A stretch of 64,000 bases of DNA from Balanoglossus misakiensis. Taxonomy: Eukaryota > Animalia > Hemichordata. Below the pieces are notes generated by a model that did no database searches, had not been told where the DNA came from, and saw only the letters and a program-made list of their open reading frames with translations. Where the stretch lies: NCBI GenBank assembly GCA_040954595.2, contig CM082586.2, positions 7,781,337 through 7,845,336 of the forward strand. Direction: 5' to 3'. The position numbers and the translations under genes were made by a program. Every line of letters starts with the position of its first letter. Position 1 is the stretch's first letter. Shown here piece after piece: positions 51,401 to 63,076 of the stretch.

Positions 51401-54400
51401 CTGTATGCAATATATTTTAAAAACAAGAAATTTACAATATTCTACAATATGGAAAATTAAACATGCGGTGGCCATCTTGGGCAAAACCTTAAAAATTACA
51501 GTTTTCCGGTTGTGGGATTTTGGTATACTTTTAATATGTTATTCAGAAAACCATTGAGAAACCTGTGTTGCAATTGCATATTATTAGAAACCAATGAGTA
51601 CATCCTTGATGAGGAAATTGTTTCAGAAATAGTTAAAGGAAACGATAAATCAGAATTACTCTCAATGAGCTAACGGAGGCAGCATACCTTTCACACTGAA
51701 ATAAGCACTAAAACAGTAACATACCATACAAACAAACACGTAGTGCTACCTAGTAATTTTGTTGGAAAGGGACATTTAAAGGTCTATTTGGCTTTGATGA
51801 ATGACACAACATGCTTGCATACTATGTTGATTTTGAGAATCAAAGCGAGAGTCTCCTATGACCAGGAACAGTTATGCAAATTTTGACATAAAAAAAGACT
51901 GCAGTCGATTGTCCAACACATTTGAAGCATGTTCCACTTTCCTATTTTCAAACTCCGTCTTTCTATTATTGATAAGGTGAATGTCATGGAATCTGTGCAC
52001 TATTGTGAATTCCAATTAAAGTAATTGTGATTCTGTTTACTTGAAAGTTACTGTGTTCAGTGAATTGATGAAAATATTTGTGTTGATGCCTAAAATAAGG
52101 GCAATGTGGATCTCATCATCTGTTTTAAGGCAGTGAAAAGGAACAGTTGATTTGATATCTTGATATTGGATTTTCATAATAGGCGATGAGGAAAATATAC
52201 ATACATACACATATGCATACACACATACATACCCGGGTGTATACCGGTGCACACATACCGGTACATAAATACATACAGCAAAACCTGTCTAATCTGGAAA
52301 CCTGTCTATACAGAACACTTTCCCTGACCCTTTGACATAGAACCATGTTAAAAGAAGCTCTTTAAACTGGATGCCTCTGCAAACCAAACATTTTTTTCAG
52401 CCCCTATAGTATTTGGTTTAGACAGGTTTTACTGTACATATATAGACAGACAGACAGACACAGAGTCAATATACATACCTCCCCCCCATGGAGCCATTTC
52501 TCCCCATACTGAAGAGAAAGAGCAAATAAAACATTTAAACACTCATTTCTGCTTGTATGGATATGATTCATAATCTGTTTAAGTCGGTTGGTCTTTTGCG
52601 ATATTGCTTTTCCTGTGTACTTTGTAACAATTGTAGTTTTGGAGAAGATCAACGTGTATGTACTATTATTGATTTATCGGATTGTGGATATGTTACGTTA
52701 AGCCTTTTACATTGTGAAATGCAGTAGGGCAGCATGTAAAATGGCAGTGCGGTGGAGACAAAATCTCAGTCGGGCCATTAATTTTACTACTAATTTTACC
52801 CCATTATTATCACTTACCTCCACTTGTTCTTGCTACTTGTTCATTCTCATACCTTTTTAATTCAGAGGCATCTATTTTGGAGAAAAAAACAATAAAAAAC
52901 CTAAATTACAGATGGGAAAACAAATAAAAATTAAAGCTGCAAGCAGCATTGTCCGGGCCCAAGCTCTATTATCTGATCTGATGCTGATATAGTGTTAAGT
53001 AGGTCAAAGGTCAGCCGAGGTCACCCAACATTTGGGCAAAATATTTTGACCCCATACTGGTCCATGTATAAAAAAAACAAAACCTCTAGGTCTATTGGTT
53101 CATCTGTAATTAGGTATGTGCATTTTTAATGAGGTCAGCAGAGGTCAAAGGGGTCATGAAAAGTAGCAACATTTTTTGATCACATACAAATCCACATACA
53201 TCAAAAACCAAAATGATAGCCTTAAAGGTTAGCCTGGAATTAGATATGCAGAAAAATGATGCGTCAAAAGTAGGTCAAAGGTCATTGCCAAAATTACCAA
53301 AATATTTATAGCTTATTCTTGGCATATGATGATTCATATCCATAAAAAGAATTTCTGTGCTATCAATTTTTAGGCTAGAAAGGGAATTTTCACTTTTTAA
53401 TCGTTTTTCACAAAATCCAAAATGGCCGCCATAATGTTCGACCAATCACATTCTTCTTAGCAAACTTGATAGACATCTGTTTAATGACCACACACACCAA
53501 ATCTTGTGACTCGGTTATCGCCGGTTCTTGAGAAGAAGATTTTTGAAATTTTACTAGGGTTTTTCGAAAATCCAATATGGCCGCCAAAATCTTTGACCAA
53601 TCACAATGATCTTCGCAAACTTGATAGACATCAGTTAGGTGACCACATACACCAAACCCTGTGTCTCGTTTATCACCGGTTCTGGAGAAGAAGATTTTTG
53701 AAATTTAAGCCAGATTTCAGAAAAAAAATTGTAGCAAAAAACTGCAACTTTGTCAGCATAATTACCAATTACAAAAATGATGGGCAGAAGGTAGTCTACC
53801 AGCATGCCAAATTTGAAGTCGATCTGACTTGTAGTTTCTGAGATCTGAGATTTGCATTTTTTCAGAAAATCCAATATGGCCGCCAGGTCACGTGACTAAT
53901 TAAAAATTCAAGGGTTCAATGCACGACTACTCATTGACCTTGACCATTGTAGCAAGTTTCAGAAGTGTACCTGCAGCGGTGTCTGAGATCTCGTGGGTCA
54001 AAGAATTGACACAAGAATAAAGAAAGAAAGTAAAATTCCAACGAAACCAATACGGGCCCAAGCCTGGCTTGGCTTGGGCCCGTAAATATAACGCAAAATA
54101 TGCATTGCCTTCTGTATAAAAAATTATGCAACACAGTAGTCATGGCTACTGACCACGTAGGTTTACAGTGTATTGAGAAATTTTGTTAGTTCCTGACACC
54201 CCAGTGTGTGACCTTCATCGTGCAGAGAGTACAAGACATGTTGTTATCACAGTGTAATGACCGAGCTCATGGAAAGTATTTGTGCACCAGATGGTGTAGA
54301 TTGGAGCTTGGTACGAAAGATATAGAGTTATATAGAGATATGCGTCTTCTTAATTGGTGCCTGAAACACGATTGCAGCTTTAGGTGAACTCTGAAATTGA

Positions 54401-54566
54401 TTTGAAAGAAAGATAGTCAAAAGATGTGTCAGAAGTTCTGATGAATATCATATGTTGATAGCTTACCAGGATGTTCGCTGTAGGCTGTCTTCTCTTCATG
54501 GAGAGATGATGGCCGAACAAAACACACACAGGCGAGGGTAATCGTCAGCAATAATACCTTCATCAT
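48124..54566 (-). CDS. Micro-exon-encoded secreted peptide precursor (~125 aa)
   Basis: Exons (minus) 54566-54467, 52871-52818, 52508-52479, 51022-51002, 50551-50522, 49522-49469, 49312-49271, 48859-48845 and 48155-48124, all AG/GT bounded; internal exons are multiples of 3 in phase 1. Translation: MMKVLLLTITLACVCFVRPSSLHEEKTAYSEHPDASELKRYENEQVARTSGVWGEMAPWGGEPWIPINRKRRVDSSKLYGAEAANNGHERTAGNTQGKQIVDSSKRGWYVGLWNKCYYCYIWDRV*. Confidence 0.75.
48403..48645 (-). mobile_element. Short 3' fragment of the same LINE family as 8123-9050
   Basis: tttattgcgttccaaggcc..ccggcccatatgcaagggggttac matches 8142 onward. 14-bp TSD tgtgaatagaacaa (48389-48402, 48646-48659). (GATT)n tail. Confidence 0.9.
48724..48820. 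repeat. (TACA)n/(CAAA)n microsatellite
   Basis: Direct reading. Confidence 0.97.
48998..49240. repeat. Interrupted (TACA)n microsatellite
   Basis: Direct reading. Confidence 0.97.
50236..50414. mobile_element. Tc1/mariner-pogo-type MITE
   Basis: TA-cagtcaaacctgtgt...acacaggtttgactg-TA. Confidence 0.85.
50583..50911 (-). mobile_element. Non-autonomous Crypton-A-like element with long terminal hairpin
   Basis: ~107-nt imperfect palindrome agcaataaccc..gggtatacac..gatttgggtacaat / attgtacccaaatc..gtgtataccc..gggttattgct(taa) at 50801-50907. Family assignment is from recall of the terminal structure. Confidence 0.55.
52276..52434. mobile_element. Tc1/mariner-pogo-type MITE
   Basis: TA-cagcaaaacctgtctaa...ttagacaggttttactg-TA. 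Confidence 0.8.
52929..54088 (-). mobile_element. Complete HINE/DINE-1-like element in intron 1 of the peptide-precursor gene
   Basis: Minus strand: 5' tttacgggcccaagc..gcttgggcccgta (subTIR + IR), ttct microsatellite, core with internal repeats, 3' subTIR cttgggcccg, stem-loop gctgcttgcagc and T-rich end. Confidence 0.72.
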
Positions 54567-54619
54567 GTTGGTTGATTATCTCGGTGTAGGATTCTAGTGA
54601 ACATCAACAGGTGATCGCA

Positions 54620-54626
54620 ATTTATA
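54620..54626 (-). promoter_or_regulatory. TATA box (TATAAAT) of the peptide-precursor gene
   Basis: Lies ~55 nt upstream of the ATG (caacATG) with an Inr-like tcact between them. Confidence 0.6.
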
Positions 54627-57306
54627 GATGTCCTTTCTTCATCTGATTGAGAGGTATGTGATCGGATGAGAGATCATCGCCCACTGAGATATTTGCGTAT
54701 GACAGCATGACTTAATATTTTTGTTTAATGGGGTAATTAATCATGTGGGCACCACGCACAAGTGAAGTCACTATTACTTGTATTCTGTGGGACTAATAAT
54801 TTGGGATAAATCGTCACCAGTTGAATAAAAATATTGATGTGGCTGTTACCGTTTTGATTGAGTCTGGCACAAAGAGATAGTAGTGATATCACAGACCTCC
54901 ATGGGTGTGTAGGACAAACGTTATGCATGGAGATTCATACCCATGTCACGCCCCTCTTTGTGAACAATAGTGATAGAGTGGAGTTTCGATAACGTGGCAC
55001 AGGATAAAATATTAAGTCAGACATAAAACAATGCTTTGGAATGGTGGGTGACATCCCACTCTTTGTATTCACATCTCTGCTTGAGAGAACATACGGCTGC
55101 CACGTTTTAAGGTTTCTTTCTGTGCGTGACGGATGTCTCGTATGTCAATGTGCAAATGCTTCATTCATTCATTGTTTTTTTTTCATTCGTTCGTTTGTTC
55201 ATCTATCCGTCATTCCTCAATTCATTCAGTAGCATCCACCTGAGACGATTTTTAATGTACTTAGTTTGAGCATTCATTAATTCATTCCACATTAGTTACT
55301 GAAAAGTTAAAGATACATAAACCACCTCTAATACACAGGTCTTTTTTATTGTCAAAATCGCGTGACCAAGTGTCTGAATGAACACTTTTTATCGCAGGTG
55401 CCACCCATTGGTCATTTGTGATTGGCTATATTTGTATTTGTATTTTCCATTGTAACAATTAGAACAGGTGACCATCAAATTTGGGCATTCTGTTCAATAC
55501 CTTTCCAGCCATTTACTGAAATTTACGTCTATTGTAGTGTTTGACATTCAACTTTGATAGGTATTACCCATGGTGCGCATTTGAATTTCGCCTGTGAGGT
55601 AAATACGTAAATAGCTATCGACTGAACGCATCAGTGGACATGCGCACATTGTTAAAGTGATGTTTTTGTTCATACACCGACCAAAAATCACCCTTAGCCG
55701 ATGGCCCAATTTTTGTACACGTCCACCACAGTAATATCTTGGCTACTTTGTTACACTTTACTTGACGTTTGATGTGCATAATTAACCCATCTCATATAGG
55801 GTTGGCTGCCTTAACTAATACGAGTTTTTCTATTCACCAACACACGTAAAAAAAGAAACACAAACCAGTTTTAAACTATCAAGGTGCATAACCACACTGT
55901 ACGTCAGTACGATCTCCTGCTGAGCAGTAAAAGCGACGCCACCAACGTTCGTTTTCGTTCCACACTACCTCGTGGACTCCTGCATGCGCATGACTTGTCT
56001 GTATGTACGTGATGCTGACTTATACCGGTAGATATGAAACGCATGTTCAACCGACAACTATGTGGCAACCAATGACCAAGAGAATCACTACAAAAACAGA
56101 TTTAGTTTTGTATTTATTGACTCTATTATTTCTGTTGAAGGAAAAAGATTTTGTTGTTGCTTTTGTTGTTGAAAATGATTAGACATTCTACAAGGTAAGA
56201 GGTTCATTCCAAGATCAACAGTAGTCTGGCCAGGGATCCCTTCCTGAACCTTATGAGTGACCCGTGACCTAAAACATGTAATATGGAAAATATTCTCAAA
56301 TCAGACTTTTTGAGAGACTTCATCCTGTCAATATTCAGTTGAGTAGATATTGATATTTCAATGTACGGAGCTGGTTATCTGGTCCCCTGCTCCATTCTGA
56401 CAGGTACGGTTTATTGTAAACATGGCTCTCATTGGTCAGTAAATACAAGCATTTCCTACATCACAACAAGTTTGTGTTTGCTTTCCCAACAAAATATACT
56501 TTGGCGCATTCGAATGAGAACACTCATCATCGAACTATGTAACAATATGCTTACAAGCCAAAGCACTGTCATATAAATGGGAATGCCACTCTCGTATCCT
56601 CGATCCGGGTTCCATTTAAACTCCAACAAAACAAGTGTTATTTGAACAAAAATCGTTAATTTTTGAAGAACCTTCCTTTTGCTAACAACTGGGGACTTTC
56701 AAAACTGTCTGGATGACTCGACCCTTGCTTGTTACATCTGACATCGACAGTACCTGTGTGCGAATGTTATAAGCAGTCACCTTGGGTTACCGTATGCGGC
56801 TGTCAAGATTTTGATGATGGCAGTGCGTACCTGACCCTTTCTTTTTAGCGTAGCGTAGCCAGCGGTGGGAATGGGTTAGGGGACGATATGAATATTCATT
56901 AATTAATAATATGTGAACATTCCATCCGCCCAGGCCTTAACGTGCTTACCATTCATTTTAGACCATTCATTTTTAAAAAATACCTTTCCTTTTCTGAGGG
57001 GATCTCTTTCGAAAAAGTACCAGTCTCTAGCTCTGCAGATAAATGTAAAGTATCACGTGTCAAGTCAGGCGATGTGACAATAAGCTGGACGCATGCACGC
57101 TGCTGAAACGCACCTTCAAAAAGGAAACTATAAATGCAATTCAAAGGTAGACTGACATAGGTGACAAAACACTGTCTAAGATCTGTCACAGTGGCGTTAA
57201 AAACGTATATTAAACAACTCCAGCATTAAGTCGATGTGGCCTTTCTGATAAAGCTATCCAGAGCATAGGACCATTACATTGACGTACTGCAATTGGTTGA
57301 TATAAA

Positions 57307-57317
57307 GGGGATTTCCC
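57307..57317 (+). promoter_or_regulatory. Candidate NF-kappaB site GGGGATTTCCC upstream of the Ubl-IFI44 gene
   Basis: Exact GGGRNNYYCC match, followed by TATATA (~57330) and an Inr-like tcatt (~57347). Confidence 0.45.
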
Positions 57318-58421
57318 TAAAGTGTGACCTATATACGTAGCTCGAGTCATTGGTAGGTTATTTTCGTTTTGAATTCTTCGGAACCAAACAGTGACCGAGG
57401 TTACTTATTTGGACTTTAGCTGGTAACCTACCTGTCGAGGCAAACATTTCGAGTGGACAGTAAATCTTTTGGTGCTGGCAAATTCTCTTCTCAAGCTTCT
57501 GTCAGATAACATTTTGATTAATCATGTTATGTGTCTTAAGCTTCTGTTTTCAAAAATTGACCTAAGAAGTACTACATGCACATTCGATGTTTATATGGTC
57601 TGATAGCATTGTTTGGGGCTGGTGGGTCTCTTATCCCTATCGGTTATCGGTTTTTCCTCCTTTTCATACTAATTTTTTGTCACCCTAGATCTAGAAAACC
57701 ACTGCACTTCTCAAAGTTGGTACTATAGTCTGTTCCAATGAGAAGCCACTCACCTGGCTTGTCAATTTTAATTTCAGGAAGAAAAACGAGGTTCATGGGT
57801 TACAACGCCCTGGTTAAGGTTAAGTACTACGAAATCACCAAAAAATAAATGTAATGTCAACTTGATGAAACATTCTATAATATTATACCTCTTGAAATAT
57901 GAAATAAAAAATAGGGGTCACCTCATCCGTTTCCATGGAAATGGAGCATGAAAAGTACTCCTTAAGGACCTGAAAAAATGTCCACTTGAAATAAAAATTC
58001 ATAATAAAAGTGTAAAAACACAACTTAAGAATAAAAAATCAATTAAGAGGATGGATATTTGAAAAAACTTGTCTTTTCAGACTTTTGATTGTCAATCATA
58101 GAACAAAATTTGTTGTAGACTTTTGTGTTTCCTTTTCATTTTGAATTCCACGAAGCCATGCAACTCCCATGGTTCACAGTACTAGCCTGTCATGTGAGCT
58201 TGTTTTCGATCCTAAACTACTCGGAAGCCATGTTCGTGCACACTTCATGCGCATGTGCAATGAAACCTATTTGTAACTTGTAACCTAGCTACCAAACTAC
58301 AAACTGGTGGAAGGTTGGCGATTGCCAACATTGCACATTGGCATATACTAAATCTGTTGTATATCAAAGGAACCGACATAATTTTCACCGAAACACAGTA
58401 CTGACAACAACAAGAACAATC

Positions 58422-59662
58422 ATGAGCAGCCAGAGAAGAATTTACGTAAGACATGCTGACGTCAGTGGTAATCTGATGCCATTGAGATGTAAGGAGGACG
58501 ACACCATTTGGGAACTGGCCGTTTTAGTGAAGCAGAATGCTGACATGTTTGATCTCAGAAGCGATGATATTAAGACCAACAACATTGGCATATGGCTAAT
58601 AGATGGCAGTGGTAGCAAACGGCTATTGGAGTTTAATGAGCCTGTTTCACTTATTAAAAGTAACTGCACGGTAGAATTCACCGAACATCGGCAATGTAGT
58701 AAGTATACATTACCCCAAATGACAAAACATTTAAAATTATAGCTGTACTGATTTGGGGAAATTAAAAGTTTTGTTCCCGAAATCCGATAATTATAACTGA
58801 AGAAACGGATTGTGAATACTGCTACATGTACCGTATAGTATGACTGGGGCTGTGCTATTTACCATGGACTTGTTGTAATGTTGTTTATTACGGGATTCGA
58901 ACACATCACGTAGCAAGTAATTCCGTTAAAAATACACCAGTTTCATAATACTGATTAGTGGACAACCTTAGATGCCATTGTATCACTGCACTCCATCTTA
59001 CGTTGTATAAACCTTGTTTAGGGGGGCGGAAGGGGGTTGTTTGGAGGTACATCAGGCGGATCGCCTTGTATTTGAATCACTGTGATTGTGTTTTTGATTG
59101 TAAGCGAGTACAGTTTCCATATACTATCCAACCCACACATGCATTAAAATGCATCTCTGGCACATTATTTGAAAATATTTATATTTAACATGGCATTGCA
59201 TAAAACATTTTCCCCTTCATATATCAGTTTAAGCTTATTCCCATGGCTCAGGGATACACACTCGCATTAAAGTGTTAATCTTTATGTTAATGTACTGATT
59301 TAATACTGTTCAGCCTACAGCATCCCAGTCAGATACATAAGGTCAGTCAATCCGCTTCCAATACCATACAGAGAGAAATCTGATGTCTCTGAAGTTGCGC
59401 GATACATACGAGAAAATATTACAGCCTTCCACTTGACACAAGAAGACACTAAACGAGCCAAGCAAAGTGGGGGTGAAGTGGTGTTAATGCAGATCATTGA
59501 TGGTGATGAAAAATCAATCAAGCCTGGTACGCAAGTACATAGTTTGGAGGGTTCCGATCTTGTCTTTAAGATCAAATCTTCCTCTCGTCAAGACAAAGGT
59601 GAGAGGTTCCAAAAGAGACTATACACATTTGTGCCTCATTTGTTAGCTGTCAATTGATGCGC

Positions 59663-59693
<31 letters not shown>

Positions 59694-59747
59694 TGTATGT
59701 ATGTATGTATGTATGTATGTATGTATGTATGTATGTATGTATGTATG

Positions 59748-59781
<34 letters not shown>

Positions 59782-62700
59782 TGTATGTATGTATGTATGT
59801 ATGTATTCATTTAGACAAATTGTTGATTGTCCGACAATACAATACAATACAGTTAAATACAAACAATACAATATTCTGTATCGCCTGTTTATTTCTGGTT
59901 TCCTTCAGAATATGTAACTCTCTGCCCTGTTAACGTTTTTGTTGCTTTGTGTCTCTCAGATTTGGAAATTTGGGTGAAACATATCACCGCAGTCTATCCG
60001 ATCCGCTTCCACTGTTCAGAGGATGACACGGTCTCTGATCTCGCAAAGAAGATTACAGAACGTATAAGAGATTTTAAACTATCTACAGAAGACACAAAGA
60101 TGGCTCAAAAGTGTGGAAACGAAATAATACTGGCGACTATCCCCGATAAACCTGGAGACAAAAGCAAAGTTTTGAATCCGGGTGATAAAATCGCTGGCAT
60201 GCAGGAAAGAAGGTTCGAATTTTCAGTGCAGACAAAAGAGATGAGAGTGACTACTGTAGGTAAGCCACATTATAAACTCAAATAATGTTCGGTGGTTTCT
60301 CTTTAATCGGCAAAATCAAATGAATTTCTTAGCTAATTCTGGTACCTTTTGATCACACTTCTTCCCATAGCAATGTTTATGTGACGAGCATCGGATTGTC
60401 GCCCATTGCTGACAATGTTTTCCCATCATTTTGTTGCGGCTTTAAAGTTTGATTATGTCAGAGGCACGTAACTACCGGTAATCGCATGAGCTGCAACTGG
60501 ATAAAAAAATTAAAGTTTTAAATAATCTCATATATGCCTTTAATCATGTCTATTAAATGATATTTCATGATAATATATCAAGCTCAAGACTTATTTATGG
60601 CCAAAAATTGAAGAAAAACGAAAATTCCTGCATTTTTAAAAAAAGTGCAATATTAGAATGAAAAAGGAAATTATAATGTCTCAGCGGTGTACATTTACTT
60701 CCATGAGCTCAAGTGGATGAGATCATGTTTTGTTTATAAAGTTTCATTACCGGAAATGCAACATTTTTGTTGTTTTTTGAATTTTCCCACGGTGGCGGCC
60801 ATAATCGCTTGCGGCAAAGCTTTATTATTTATCTGGTAAGAACTTGCATGTGCACTCATATTTAGGGTTTATAATGCTTGTGTTTAGTTCACTGCCTTCA
60901 TCTGCATAGACTAATGGTAGTACAGTTTGAAACAAAAATTATGATAATTATCCCAAAAGTTACAGCTTATGTGCCTTTATAAAGCCTGAGCCCCTGTGAC
61001 ACATTTTGGGAGTTTTCTTTTGATATGAATACTGCACAATTGTGACTTTGTAAGTAAAAATTTGTCATAAACTATTGGATCAGTAATTTTTAAATTCTTC
61101 AGTCTCTAAAACTTTGGTATATTAGTACTAAAAATTCTATACACTTCCGCGAATCCTATTTTTTTTTCAATTTCTTAGCGTTTGAAAATAATTTATGATA
61201 ATTAGTTCTTTATATTTTTAAAAGCTGTTTAAATGCTCTTTCAACTGAACAGTCGATTTGATTTATTACAAACAAATCCTTCACAATCATTATGCTTGTA
61301 AGCTATATTAAATTCCATGAAAGAGTTCTGTCGCTTATTAAGACTTTTCTCCTTTACTTTAAATGACGCAATCTGGTTATAGATATAACAGTTGTTAATT
61401 TTGTATTTACAGATGACATCAATGAAAAGTGTGATGGGCAGAATATAGCATTTGTTGGAGCACCTGGACACGGGAAATCTTCCACCATTAATACTACTAT
61501 CGGAGTACGTATCTGGATCGTGCAGTATGATAAATGATAATAAGGCATTACCAAAATATATCTGAAGGTGTTCTGTTTTTAAACTAACTAATAAGCTAGA
61601 ATTTTTAGTACTAATATACACAAAATATTATGCCACAATATGTGCAGTAGTTATTATATAGTTCTTTCAGTTTCATTTGTATTCTTGCTCTTGTATAGCT
61701 TGAAAAAAAATGAGCTAGTCGTATCAAAACATCGCTAATTTTTGCTACTCGGGATTGGAAGCAAGAGAGGCTTTGAACAACCCAAGTCTAATGAATCTGT
61801 TTATTTATAGGCACTGGCACAAATCCACGCTCCACTAGCTTCAACATGGAAGGGTGCAGCAACTGGAACTAGCGCTTTGACTTCGTACAAAATTGATGTG
61901 AGGGGAAAGTATTTCAAATTCATCGATGTTCCTGGCAAGGCAATAAGCCACAAAGGGAGTGATCAAATGGAGAAGATAATTAGTGATATCTTTGATGGCA
62001 CATATGCAGAAAACGAGTCCCTGGATTGGAAACTGAGTAATTACTTTAAAACAAAAACTGGTCCTATGCATGCTGCAGTCATCGTTCACAAGGGTGGTGC
62101 TGATTTTGACCGAATCGGCTCTACTACTATAAGAGTTGCTCAAAAAAAAGGTAATAGTTTAAATGGACATTGTATGACTTATCAAAATGTCTAAGTAACA
62201 TAAATTAAGACAGAATAGGTCAAATCATAATAGTATATTGCACTGTGAGTAAAATGGTCGTAAACCCAATGTAATATTTTGAAGAAATAATGTATTAATT
62301 ATTGTATTTCACGACATTTCTGTCTTTAGCTAGTATAAAGAACTTCATATTAATGCATTCGTGCCAGTACTGTTAAGATGTAAGGCGAAATAAAAAATGT
62401 TTCCTGTTCCAATTACATGGTTTTTAAAAATAGGATAGGTGCGCAGGGAAATTTTCTTTATATTGCAATTTTTAAAAAATCTTCGGCCGTCATAGTGTAG
62501 AAGAATGACGTCATAGTTCTGGCGCTATTCTTGCAATTTTCATAAATTTGATATGTTTGACATGGTTATTGTTACTTCTGGTTTACGAAGCTCTAAAAAG
62601 TTTAGGGTTGGTGGGCTAAAATTAGGGAAGGTCGGGTAATTGGAACAGAACATATTTTTAATTTGGCCTATAACTGGCAACCTGTTTTGATTTTAAAGTT

Positions 62701-63076
62701 TCCTCTTGTCCGTAGGTGAGACTAGGTCATTGATGATTATATAACTCTCAAATTTATGAACACATATAAGGTTGAATGGTTATGGACCTAATATCAATTT
62801 GGTTTCTTTTCAGGTCGGGGAATTCCATTGTTTGCTATAATCACCCACATAGACAAAATGTCTGAAGATAAAATCAAGGAAGCTGAAGAAAATCTCTCAG
62901 ATGGCCTTGGCATTGATCTCTCAAGGATTTATACAGTGGCGAATGCAGATGACAAGTTAAGTTCGACCACACCCTGCGTAACTCCAAAGCAAAACATCTA
63001 CATCCAGAATATGCTTCTTGGTTTTCTCACTGCAGCGGAAAATTACAAGAATGGTGGCGAATTCAAAATAAAATGA
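58422..63076 (+). CDS. 7-exon, ~533-aa protein: three tandem ubiquitin-like-type repeats + IFI44-like P-loop GTPase domain
   Basis: Exons 58422-58698, 59314-59598, 59960-60259, 61253-61297, 61413-61504, 61811-62150 and 62814-63076, all phase-consistent. G1 NIAFVGAPGHGKSSTINT, G3 FIDVPG, MHAAVIV, G4 IITHID, GIDLSRIYTVAN and QNMLLGFLTAAENY, as in the IFI44/IFI44L C-terminal domain. Confidence 0.82.
59664..59805. repeat. (TATG)n microsatellite
   Basis: Direct reading. Confidence 0.97.
60462..60976. mobile_element. Second copy of the Kolobok-like MITE
   Basis: Colinear with 38108-38611; ~17-nt insertion in the left TIR; TSDs degraded. Confidence 0.85.
62382..62670. mobile_element. MITE with imperfect TIR aggcgaaataaaaaatgtttcctgttccaattac / gtaattggaacagaacatatttttaatttggcct
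   Basis: Inverted termini of ~30 bp; superfamily uncertain. Confidence 0.6.

Noticed and set aside
52041-52119. Candidate peptide-gene exon DDEIHIALIL...
   Set aside because: Good acceptor, but the symmetric 30-nt end has a weak GC donor and the GT donors break phase unless paired with 8- or 20-nt exons; left out of the model.
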